Below are positions 56,059 through 64,000 of a stretch of DNA of 64,000 nucleotides, in pieces. The notes beneath the pieces are model-generated. The model was not told the origin of the DNA. It saw only the letters and a list, made by a program, of their open reading frames with translations, and searched no databases. Positions within the stretch are counted from its first letter, which is position 1. Each line of letters opens with the position of its first letter. Origin of the DNA: Myxococcota bacterium (lineage in GTDB: Bacteria; Myxococcota_A; UBA9160; UBA6930); the NCBI GenBank assembly GCA_965223415.1, contig OZ245002.1:2656001-2720000 (forward strand). The letters run 5' to 3'. Made by a program: the position numbers and the translations under genes.

Positions 56059-57556
56059 ATTCGGCGAGGGCGTCCTTGACCTTGCGGCGGAGGAGCTTGC
56101 CGGTCTCGTTGTAGGGAAGCTCCTCCCAGAACTCGACCTTCTGGGGGACGCGGGAGGAGCGAAGGTGCTGCTTGACCCAGTCCTGGAGGCTCTCGACGCT
56201 GACCTCGGAGCCGGGCTTGGGGACGATGGCGACACCGACGGCTTCGCCCCACTGCTCGTCGGGGACGGGGACGACGGCGCAGTCCGATACGGCCTCGTGC
56301 TCGTGGAGGACGTCCTCGATCTCGCCGGGGGAGAGGTTCTCGCCGCCGCGGACGATCACGTCGTCGATGCGACCCTCGATGAAGAGGTAGCCCTCCTCGT
56401 CGAGGTATCCCCCGTCATTGGTCGGGAACCATCCGCCCTCGATCAGCAGGCTGCCGCGGCCGACGTACTCGCCGGAGACCTGCTCGCCGCGGACGTGGAT
56501 CTCTCCGCGATCTCCGGGGGCGACGGCCTGGCCGGTCTCGTCGCGGATCTCGACCTCGACGCCCGGGAGCGGGCGGCCCGCCGAGCCGAGCCGGCGGCGC
56601 GCGGACGGGGCATCGCTGGCGAAGGCCTCGCGGTGATCCTGGGGACCCAGCACGGCGATGGTCGAGCTCGTCTCGGTGAGGCCGTAGGCGTTGGTGAAAT
56701 CGGCCTCCGGGAAGTGGCGCATGGCGCGATCGATCACCGGAAGCGGCATCTTGCCGCCGCCGTAGGCGAGGGCGCGCAGGGAGGACGGCGCGGCGCCGGC
56801 GCCGGCCTCGATCTCCTCGACGATGCGGGCGAGCATCGTCGGGACCACGAAGGCGTTGGTGATCGCCTCCTTCTCGGCCAGACGCAGCCAGGTGCCCGCG
56901 TCGAAGTTCGGCAGCTGCACCTGGCGCCGGCCGGAATAGATGCCGCTCATCAGGGCGGCCATGCCGGCCACGTGGTAGGGCGGCACGCTCACCAGCGCGG
57001 CGTCGCTCTCGTCCGCCGCCATGAACTCCACCGAGCCCAGGATGTAGGAGACCATGTGCTTGTGGCGAAGCACCGCGGCCTTGGGCACGCCGGTGGTGCC
57101 GCTCGTGAAGAGGAGGATCGCGATCTCCTCGGGGTCCATGCCCCAATCCGCATCCGGCGCCTCGGCGCCTCCGCGCGCGATGTCGAGGAGCGCGTTCCGG
57201 GGCATCACCGTGAGGCCTTCGCGGCCGGAGAGCTGGGCGGCGCGCTCGTCGTCGGTCACGAGCAGCGCGGGTGTGATGCGCTCGATCAGTGCGTCGAGCT
57301 CGTCGCCGGTCAGCCGGTAGTTGAGCGGCACGAAGGGGAGGCCCGCCCAGCCGGAGCCGAAGAGGGTGAGCGGCACCGCCGGGCTCGACACGTCGAGGAT
57401 CGCCGCGTTCTCGACGCCGGCACCCCGCAGGTGCGCGGCGACCCGTCCCGCGCCGGCGAACAGGCTCTCCATCGTCCAGCGGTCGTCCTCGCACTGGACG
57501 GCGACCCGATCGCCCATCGCCTGGGCGGCCATCTCGAGCAGCATCATCGTGTTCAT
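56057..57556 (-). CDS. Acyl-CoA synthetase (AMP-forming)
   Basis: FTSGTTGVPK, AYGLTE, TNDGG, GRIDD and ETGK motifs. Confidence 0.92.
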   Translation of the reverse strand: MNTMMLLEMAAQAMGDRVAVQCEDDRWTMESLFAGAGRVAAHLRGAGVENAAILDVSSPAVPLTLFGSGWAGLPFVPLNYRLTGDELDALIERITPALLVTDDERAAQLSGREGLTVMPRNALLDIARGGAEAPDADWGMDPEEIAILLFTSGTTGVPKAAVLRHKHMVSYILGSVEFMAADESDAALVSVPPYHVAGMAALMSGIYSGRRQVQLPNFDAGTWLRLAEKEAITNAFVVPTMLARIVEEIEAGAGAAPSSLRALAYGGGKMPLPVIDRAMRHFPEADFTNAYGLTETSSTIAVLGPQDHREAFASDAPSARRRLGSAGRPLPGVEVEIRDETGQAVAPGDRGEIHVRGEQVSGEYVGRGSLLIEGGWFPTNDGGYLDEEGYLFIEGRIDDVIVRGGENLSPGEIEDVLHEHEAVSDCAVVPVPDEQWGEAVGVAIVPKPGSEVSVESLQDWVKQHLRSSRVPQKVEFWEELPYNETGKLLRRKVKDALAE

Positions 57557-57572
57557 GCGCGCACCCGCCTCG

Positions 57573-57608
57573 ACAACGCAACAAACGGAACCGGCCCCTT
57601 ACGCAACA
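57573..57608 (+). repeat. 38-bp dispersed repeat, copy C
   Basis: acaacgcaacaaacggaaccggccccttacgcaaca. Confidence 0.85.
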
Positions 57609-57917
57609 TCAGTCGGAGCTCGGGAGGGCTTTGGCTTCCTTGAGGACGAGGGCGGTGCCGGCGACGGCCAGGCTGCCTTCGCCGGGTTTGGTGCAGAGGA
57701 GCTCGAGGTCGCCGGCCTCGTTGACGTAGCGCTTGCCGATCTGGGTGCCGTTCTTGTGGTCCGGGGCGATGTCGCCGCCCGAGCCGTCGCCGGCCACGTC
57801 GACCATGGGCGCGCCGCCACAGGTGAGGTCCGTGTCGCCGTCGGGGGCGGCGATCACCATCACCTGGGTGTCGCAAACGGCGCTCTTGAGTCGGGTTCCG
57901 GCCTTGAGTGCAGCCAT
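57609..57917 (-). CDS. Small hypothetical protein with two internal desulforedoxin-like half repeats
   Basis: GAGGAG SD. GTRLKSAVCDTQVMV...LTCGGAPM and GKRYVNEAGDLELLCTK...SLAVAG. Confidence 0.75.
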   Translation of the reverse strand: MAALKAGTRLKSAVCDTQVMVIAAPDGDTDLTCGGAPMVDVAGDGSGGDIAPDHKNGTQIGKRYVNEAGDLELLCTKPGEGSLAVAGTALVLKEAKALPSSD

Positions 57918-57930
57918 GGGTGTCTCCTCT

Positions 57931-58710
57931 TCATCCGTCGCGCGGCCAATCCGGCTCGCGCTTCTCCAGGAAGGCCTTCATGCCCTCGACCATCTCCGGC
58001 GAGAGGATCGAGCGCTTGAACATGCCCTGATCCGGCGTGGGCAGGCGCCGGTTGATGTCTTCCTTGATCATCGCCCGCGCCTGGGGGCCCATCCTCCGGA
58101 TCTGGGCGAGGGTGGATTCTACCTGCTCTTCGAACTCCGTGTGGGGCACCACCTTGCCCACGAGGCCCAGGGCCAGGGCCCGCTCCGCGTCGATCACCTC
58201 GGCCGTGAAGAGCAGGTACTTGGCGGGCCCCAGGCCGACGTGCTCGGCCAGCCGGGCCGAGATCCAGGGGTCCGCGGCGCCCCGCAGCAGCTCCGGCACC
58301 CGGAAGCGCGCCCGGTCCGAGGCGATCGCGAGATCTCCGTAGAGGACCAGGTCGACCCCGCCCGCGTAGCAGAGGCCGTTCACGGCACAGAGGATGGTCT
58401 TGCGGCAGCGCTCCATGTGCCGGAAGGGGTGGTGGTCGGTCGGGTCGAGCTCCTGGGCCAGGCCCTCCGGATCCTCGGCCTCGCCGCTCATGTCGCCGCC
58501 CACCGCGAAGACGTCGTCGCTGCCGGTGATGAGGACCGCGTCCAGCTCGGCGTCCGCGTCCGCCAGCACGCAGGCGCGCTTTACGCCGCGGTACATGTCC
58601 TGGGTCATGGCGTTGCGCTTCTCGGGGCGGACGATGCGCACGCGCATCACGCGCCCCCGGACCTCTGCCTCCAGGTAGCGGCTGCCGAGTTCGACGGGGA
58701 CAGCGCCCAT
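57931..58710 (-). CDS. Enoyl-CoA hydratase/isomerase
   Basis: RPEKRNA, FAVGGD, VNGLCYAGG and PELLRG motifs. Confidence 0.88.
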   Translation of the reverse strand: MGAVPVELGSRYLEAEVRGRVMRVRIVRPEKRNAMTQDMYRGVKRACVLADADAELDAVLITGSDDVFAVGGDMSGEAEDPEGLAQELDPTDHHPFRHMERCRKTILCAVNGLCYAGGVDLVLYGDLAIASDRARFRVPELLRGAADPWISARLAEHVGLGPAKYLLFTAEVIDAERALALGLVGKVVPHTEFEEQVESTLAQIRRMGPQARAMIKEDINRRLPTPDQGMFKRSILSPEMVEGMKAFLEKREPDWPRDG

Positions 58711-58711
58711 G

Positions 58712-59878
58712 CTAGGCGATGCCGTAGAGCGCAGCGGCGCTGTCGTGGAGGACCTTCCGCACCACCTCGTCGGAGATCCCCGCCAGGGCCTTCTCCGCAT
58801 AGTCCTTGGGGTGGGCGCCGGCACTCGCCGGCCCGGGCGCTTGGCAGGTCGGATGGGGGAAGTCCGTCTCGTAGAGGACGTTGTCCGGGAACATCTCGAG
58901 GGCCGTCGCGATGCCCTTCTCCTCGAACCAGAAGGAAGCGTAGATCTGACGCCGGAAGTACTCACTCGGCAGCAGGTCGTACTCCGGGTGCTCGGTCGTG
59001 ACTCCGTTGTTCTGCCACTGCCAGTCGAGGGCCTCGATGATGAACGGAATCCAAGAGACCCCGCTCTCCACCGAGACCATCTTGAGCTCCGGGTAGCGGT
59101 GGGGGATGCCGCCCATGATGATGTCGGTGACGCACTTGGCGTTGTCGAGGAAAGCCGTCGCGGAGACGCGGGCGAAGTTCGCGCGCTGGCCGATGTCCGC
59201 CGGGTCGGCCATCTGGGCGGCGAGGTCGCCGCCGCCGACGTGGAAGCTGATCGGCAGCCCCGCCTCCTGGGCGGCGGCCCAGATCGGGTCCCAGTGCTTG
59301 TCTCGCAGCAGGGGCTGGCCGTGCTCCTGGGGCTGGTTGCAGAAGAGCACGGTCTTGAAGCCGTTCTCGGCGCTGCGCTGGATCTCGGCAATCGACGCAG
59401 GAACGTCCCAGAACGGAAGCGCGGCGACCCCGACGAGGCGTTTCGGGTCGGCGCTCGTCCACTCGAGCAGGAAGTCGTTGTAGGCCCGAACGCACTCGAT
59501 CATCAGCTCGGGCTCGCCGAGCTTCAGGAAGCCGCCCATCCCGAATCCGCCGACGTTCGGATAGATGATCTGGGTGTGGATCTTCTCCTCGTCCATGAAG
59601 GCGAGGCGCGCCTTCGCGTCGAACATCTCGGGCGGAATCGCCTCGTAGTTCGGCCGGAAGTTCGGGTAGTAGTCGTCGTGGCCCGCGGCGGAGTAGGCGC
59701 CGGGCATGCCCACCGGCTGGTCGCCGATGAACCAGAGGTCCATCTCGTCGCTGCGGCGGATGTGCGGGACCTTGTCGCCCCACCTGCTCGCCACCCGCGA
59801 GGTCCACACGTCCGCCGGCTCGGTGATGTGGGTATCGATGTCGATGACCGGGACGCGGTCGAAGAGCGGGGTCGTCAC
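58712..59878 (-). CDS. Amidohydrolase family 2 protein
   Basis: IDIDTH, AYND, FHVGG, VESG and ETDFPH motifs. GTG start after GGAGG. Confidence 0.9.
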   Translation of the reverse strand: MTTPLFDRVPVIDIDTHITEPADVWTSRVASRWGDKVPHIRRSDEMDLWFIGDQPVGMPGAYSAAGHDDYYPNFRPNYEAIPPEMFDAKARLAFMDEEKIHTQIIYPNVGGFGMGGFLKLGEPELMIECVRAYNDFLLEWTSADPKRLVGVAALPFWDVPASIAEIQRSAENGFKTVLFCNQPQEHGQPLLRDKHWDPIWAAAQEAGLPISFHVGGGDLAAQMADPADIGQRANFARVSATAFLDNAKCVTDIIMGGIPHRYPELKMVSVESGVSWIPFIIEALDWQWQNNGVTTEHPEYDLLPSEYFRRQIYASFWFEEKGIATALEMFPDNVLYETDFPHPTCQAPGPASAGAHPKDYAEKALAGISDEVVRKVLHDSAAALYGIA

Positions 59879-60453
59879 GAGGGGTCCTCCCGAAGGCCGG
59901 CGAGCATGAGCCCGATGCCGGCTTCGATCTGGCGCGTGGCCGGTGTGGCCAGGCGCTCGGTGAAGAGCTGCTGGGTGAGGCCGATCTGCAGGCCGCGGAG
60001 CGCGGCAGCCGTAGCGGGCACGTCCAGGTCGGCGCGGAAGACGCCGTCCTTCTGGCCGCGCTCGAGGAGCACGCCCAGCCGTCCGAGCCACTCCTCGCGC
60101 AGACGCTCCCGGAACGCGGCGGAGGAAGCCTCGCCGGAGCCGTCGCTGGCGAAGATCGCGCGGGCGACCGCGTGGCGCGGCGAGTCCTGCAGGCTGAAGC
60201 GCAGCCACGCGGCGAGGGCCTCGTCCGGGCCCTCCGCCTCGGCCACCACCTGCTCGGCGGCGGCGAGCCACTCCTCGAGCACCCTCTCCTGCACCCGGGC
60301 GAGGAGCTTGGTCTTGCCGCCGAAATAGGAATGGACGAGAGCGCGGGAGACCCCGGCCGCCGCCGCCACGTCCTCCATCCGCGTCCGAGCCACGCCGTAC
60401 TGGGCGAAGCAGGCGGCGGCCTCCTCGAGGATGCGCTGGTGGGTCTCGCTCAC
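59875..60453 (-). CDS. TetR/AcrR family regulator (GTG 60453; alternative ATG 60462)
   Basis: RILEEAAACFAQYGVARTRMEDVAAAAGVSRALVHSYF helix-turn-helix. Confidence 0.9.
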   Translation of the reverse strand: MSETHQRILEEAAACFAQYGVARTRMEDVAAAAGVSRALVHSYFGGKTKLLARVQERVLEEWLAAAEQVVAEAEGPDEALAAWLRFSLQDSPRHAVARAIFASDGSGEASSAAFRERLREEWLGRLGVLLERGQKDGVFRADLDVPATAAALRGLQIGLTQQLFTERLATPATRQIEAGIGLMLAGLREDPS

Positions 60454-60460
60454 GCGCGTC

Positions 60461-60489
60461 ATTCTGGACGGAAACGTCAAGAACGTCAA
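60461..60489 (-). promoter_or_regulatory. Sigma-70-type leaderless promoter with overlapping operator palindrome
   Basis: TTGACG-17nt-CAGAAT-7nt-GTG. Palindrome TGGACG-GAAA-CGTCAA at 60465-60480. Confidence 0.6.
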
Positions 60490-60530
60490 GCCGCATGGGC
60501 TAGGCTCGGAGGCCTTTGGGAGGGGCTGCC

Positions 60531-62360
60531 GTGGCGAGGTCGATCGCGTTCGTTGTCCTGGCTTGCGCGCTCGTGGCGTGCGCCACCTTCGCGCCGGAGC
60601 CGCCGGCACCGCCCGCCGCCGACCGCGCCACCCACCGGGAGCTCCCGGCGGGCGAGGTGATCGGCTCGGTGAGCGCGCGGGGGGCGCACGTGTGGCGGGG
60701 CCTGCCCTTCGCGGCGCCGCCGGTGGGCGAGCTGCGCTGGAAGGCGCCGCGGCCCGCACCCGCCTGGACCGGCGTGTTCCAGGCGCTCGAGAGCAGCCCG
60801 CCTTGCGTACAGCCCGTGACCTTCCTGGCCCGGCAGGACACGGCCCGGGACAGCGGCCTCCTCGGCGACGAGGACTGCCTCTACCTGAACGTCTACGCCC
60901 CGCCCTTCGACCTCGGTGAGGTGCCCGCGGGCGGCGCGCGCCGTCCGGTCATGGTGTGGATCCACGGCGGCGGCAACGTGATCGGCGAGGGCTCGACCTA
61001 CGACGGCAGCGTCCTCGCGACGCGCCACGGCGTCGTGGTCGTGACGGTGAACTACCGCCTCGGCCCCCTCGGCTGGATGCGCCACCAGGCCCTGCGCAGC
61101 ACCGGGCAGAACGAGCTCGACGCGTCGGGCAACTTCGGCACCCTCGACCTGGTCGCCGCGCTGCAGTGGGTGCGCACGAACGTGTCGGCCTTCGGCGGCG
61201 ATCCCGGCAACGTGACGATCTTCGGCGAGAGCGCCGGCGGCCTCAACACGATCAGCCTGCTCCTGGCGCGCCCCGCAGCCGGGCTCTTCCACCGCGCCAT
61301 CGCCCAGAGCGGCGGGACCTGGTCGTCGAGCCCCCAGGAAGCGGAGCACTGGGCCGACGCGAGCCCGCCGGGCAAGCCGTGGAGCTCGAACCAGCTCGCG
61401 GCGGCGCTGGTGGAGACGGACGGGCTGGCAGATGGCGCGACCGCAGCGCGTGCCCATGTGGAGGGCGGGACCGACGACCAGCTCGCAGCCTACCTGCGCG
61501 GCAAGACCGCCGACGAGATCTGGGCGCCGCTGGTCGCGGGCGGCGAGGGCGAAGCGAACCTCTTCGACGATCTGCCGATGATGTTCCGCGACGGCACGGT
61601 CCTCCCCTCCCGCCCGTTCCACGACGCCTTCGGCCGCGGCGAGCACCACCGGGTGCCGATCGTGCTCGGCACCAACCGGGACGAGACCAAGGCCTTCATG
61701 TCCGGCGATCCGGAGTACGTGCGAATGTGGTTCGGCTTCATCCCGCAGATCCGCGACTGGGACGTCTTCGAGCGCGACGCCCGCTACACGAGCGACCTGT
61801 GGAAGGCTGACGGCGCCGACGAGATCGCGAGCGCCCTGTACCGCCATCAGCCCGGCGGCGTGTGGGTCTACCGCTTCGATTGGGACGAGGCCGGCAAGCG
61901 GCTCTGGATCGACGTCGGCCGGATGGTCGGCGCGGCCCACGGCCTCGAGATCCCCTTCGTGTTCGGCACCTTCGACATGGGCTTCCTCGCCGCGATGTTC
62001 GACGAGGAGAACGAGTCCGGCCGCCTCCAGCTGTCCGGGGCGATGATGTCCTACTGGACCCGCTTCGCGGCCAGCGGCGACCCGGACCGGGGGCGCGACG
62101 GCGACCTCCCGGCCTGGACGGCCTGGGACGAAGCGACTGACTCGACCCCGCGGACGTTGCTCTTCGACACCGAGGCCGGCGGCGGCGTGCGCATGAGCGC
62201 CGAAACCGTGCGCTTTGACACCCTGGCAGCCGCCATCCGAGAGGATCCGACGCTCAGCGAGGCGGAGCGCTGCGAGGCCCTCGACGACATCGCGGGGCTG
62301 GCGCTGCGGCCCCTTGCGGTGGCGAGCTGCGGCGAGAGCGCGGGCACCGCGGGACGTTAG
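60531..62360 (+). CDS. Type B carboxylesterase/lipase lipoprotein
   Basis: LVAC lipobox, EDCLYLNV, WIHGGG, FGESAGG, NRDE and AAHGLE motifs. Confidence 0.92.
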   Translation: MARSIAFVVLACALVACATFAPEPPAPPAADRATHRELPAGEVIGSVSARGAHVWRGLPFAAPPVGELRWKAPRPAPAWTGVFQALESSPPCVQPVTFLARQDTARDSGLLGDEDCLYLNVYAPPFDLGEVPAGGARRPVMVWIHGGGNVIGEGSTYDGSVLATRHGVVVVTVNYRLGPLGWMRHQALRSTGQNELDASGNFGTLDLVAALQWVRTNVSAFGGDPGNVTIFGESAGGLNTISLLLARPAAGLFHRAIAQSGGTWSSSPQEAEHWADASPPGKPWSSNQLAAALVETDGLADGATAARAHVEGGTDDQLAAYLRGKTADEIWAPLVAGGEGEANLFDDLPMMFRDGTVLPSRPFHDAFGRGEHHRVPIVLGTNRDETKAFMSGDPEYVRMWFGFIPQIRDWDVFERDARYTSDLWKADGADEIASALYRHQPGGVWVYRFDWDEAGKRLWIDVGRMVGAAHGLEIPFVFGTFDMGFLAAMFDEENESGRLQLSGAMMSYWTRFAASGDPDRGRDGDLPAWTAWDEATDSTPRTLLFDTEAGGGVRMSAETVRFDTLAAAIREDPTLSEAERCEALDDIAGLALRPLAVASCGESAGTAGR

Positions 62361-64000
62361 TCACCTTCGTCGCTCGACTGCCTCGCCAGCGAGTACACAC
62401 GCACCGGGGCGCTCCGCCCGCGAATCGGCAGGAGCCCGCGGTCGCGGAACCCGTGGGCGGCCTCGGCGGCGGCAGCGTGGGTCGCCTCGTCGACGGCGAT
62501 CGCTGCGTCGAGCTCGCGAGTCTGGCCCTGGAGTCGGGCCGCCAGGTTGGTGGTGTTCCCGATGGCGCCCCAGATCACGCGATCGACGGACTGGATGTTG
62601 CCGACGAAGGCGGGGCCGGTCGCCACGCCGACGCCGGCCTCCAGCCGCGCGCCCGGAAGGTCGAGCGCCGCCACCTCGGCCACCGCCTCCCGCGCTGCCG
62701 CGACGGCGCGAGCCTCCTTGTCCGCCAGCTCCCGGGGCGCGCCGAACACGGCCATCAGGCCGTCCCCATGGAACTCCACGACCGAGCCCCCGTGGCGCAC
62801 AACGACCGCGGACGCGCACTCGGTGTAGCGACTCACGGCTTCGAAGATCTGGTCGGGAGTGCGCGATTCCGAGAACGAGGTGTAGCCGCGGATGTCGATG
62901 AAGAGGATCGACACCTCGCGCTCCCGGGCCGGCAGGTCGGCCCCGGCCTCCAGGGCATGCTGCACGGCGCCCGGCACGTAGCGCGCCAGGCGGTCGCGAA
63001 GGCCGGTGCCCTGCTCGATCACCTCGTCGGCGGCAAAGCGCTCGAGCCGGCGTGCTGCCCGCTCGACGGTCGCGCCGAGCCAGACCCGCTCCCGTGCGGC
63101 GTAGAGATCGCCCGACCGCTTGGGCCCGACGAGGATCAGGCCAGCCAGCTCGCGTCCCTCGCCGGGGATGGGCAGCACGACGTCCGGCGCGAGGCTCTCG
63201 AGGAGCCCGCGGGACGCCCCGTCGAGAAAGCCGCGGCGGAGCCACCCGCGCCACGTGCGGCCGTCGACGGCCTCGCCCTCTTCTTCCAGCGCGAGGACGA
63301 GCGTCGCCTCCGGGTCCAGGGCAGGCGGAACGGACGCCCCGCTCGCGACCACGGGCCCGAGCACCTCTCCCATCCGCGCGTAGATCACGCAGCTCTGACA
63401 GCGCAGCAGCTCCGGGAGCTCCTCGCCGAGCAGGCGGAAGAGCTTCTCCGGGCTCTCGACGGCGCCGATCCGCAGGCGCAGCTCGCTCAGGCCCTTCTCC
63501 ATCGCGATGCGATCCCGGTAGACCAGGCGGTCGATCCACGGGGTCAGGACCCGGCGCAAGGGAACCGCCGCCGCCACCAGGGCCACGAGGACGAGCCCCT
63601 GGGCCGTGGCCTCGCCGATCTGGGCCTGGGCCGAGATCACCCGGGCCGTCGCAGGGATGGCCTGGAGCAGCACGGCGAGCATGAGCACCGACACGATCGA
63701 GTACGAGGCCGTCTCCGTGACCAGCCGGTCGATGTCGAGGAAGTCGTCCCGCACGATCGCGATGAGCACGCCGATGGGCACGGCGACGGTCGCGGCGGTG
63801 GCGACCTCGTACACCCAGGTGAGTCGGGGCTCGAAGGCGCCGATCGCGGCGGCGACCAGCACCGGGAAGAGCGCGACGTAGAACCCCAGCAGCACCCACT
63901 TGAGCTGACGCCGGGCCGGCCGGCTGGCCCGGCGGTAGTTGTTCGTGAGCAGCACGACCACCGCTACGGCCAACGCCACGTTGAGGACGAAGACGGTTCG
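62357..64000 (-). CDS. Membrane-bound class III adenylate/guanylate cyclase with GAF-like region (5' end outside window)
   Basis: TM helices followed by LFIDIRGYT, EFHGDG and GNTTNLAARLQ motifs. Confidence 0.88.
   Translation of the reverse strand, partial: RTVFVLNVALAVAVVVLLTNNYRRASRPARRQLKWVLLGFYVALFPVLVAAAIGAFEPRLTWVYEVATAATVAVPIGVLIAIVRDDFLDIDRLVTETASYSIVSVLMLAVLLQAIPATARVISAQAQIGEATAQGLVLVALVAAAVPLRRVLTPWIDRLVYRDRIAMEKGLSELRLRIGAVESPEKLFRLLGEELPELLRCQSCVIYARMGEVLGPVVASGASVPPALDPEATLVLALEEEGEAVDGRTWRGWLRRGFLDGASRGLLESLAPDVVLPIPGEGRELAGLILVGPKRSGDLYAARERVWLGATVERAARRLERFAADEVIEQGTGLRDRLARYVPGAVQHALEAGADLPAREREVSILFIDIRGYTSFSESRTPDQIFEAVSRYTECASAVVVRHGGSVVEFHGDGLMAVFGAPRELADKEARAVAAAREAVAEVAALDLPGARLEAGVGVATGPAFVGNIQSVDRVIWGAIGNTTNLAARLQGQTRELDAAIAVDEATHAAAAEAAHGFRDRGLLPIRGRSAPVRVYSLARQSSDEGD

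Noticed and set aside
12712..57608. 38-bp repeats as a CRISPR array
   Set aside because: Copies are kilobases apart with no regular spacers and no cas genes.

Overview
Very GC-rich bacterial DNA. The gene content suggests a Gram-negative Myxococcota/Deltaproteobacteria-like organism (inference). Both flanks (1-22.9 kb and 50.4-64 kb) hold lipid/steroid/aromatic catabolic genes: amidohydrolases, crotonases, a two-subunit acyl-CoA dehydrogenase, a P450, LLM/F420 oxidoreductases, Rieske oxygenases, a CoA ligase/transferase, TetR regulators, an esterase and a class III nucleotide cyclase. Between them lies a ~27.5 kb cell-surface locus (22986-50416), the best candidate for an undescribed system. 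It encodes three near-identical, almost charge-free Thr/Gly/Ser-rich PEP-CTERM proteins (one behind a sigma-54 promoter), two PrsT-like TPR lipoproteins, a TMTC-like GT-C glycosyltransferase and a DPM-synthase-like GT2 fused to a methyltransferase. It also encodes two sulfatase-fold proteins with Thr at the formylglycine position, three membrane-fused 'spermidine synthase-like' enzymes whose motifs look more like N-methyltransferases, two paralogous beta-propeller proteins and an alpha/alpha-barrel-like lipoprotein. Together these suggest a pathway that exports, glycosylates and further decorates a hydrophobic surface-coat protein. Other observations: REP/REPIN-like palindromes and a 38-bp dispersed repeat with co-varying flanks, an AraC remnant, probable leaderless promoters and TetR operators, possible non-canonical start codons, and a cyclase with guanylyl-cyclase-type residues. 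No rRNA, tRNA, CRISPR array, integrase or transposase was recognised. All family calls come from motif recognition by eye, not database searches.
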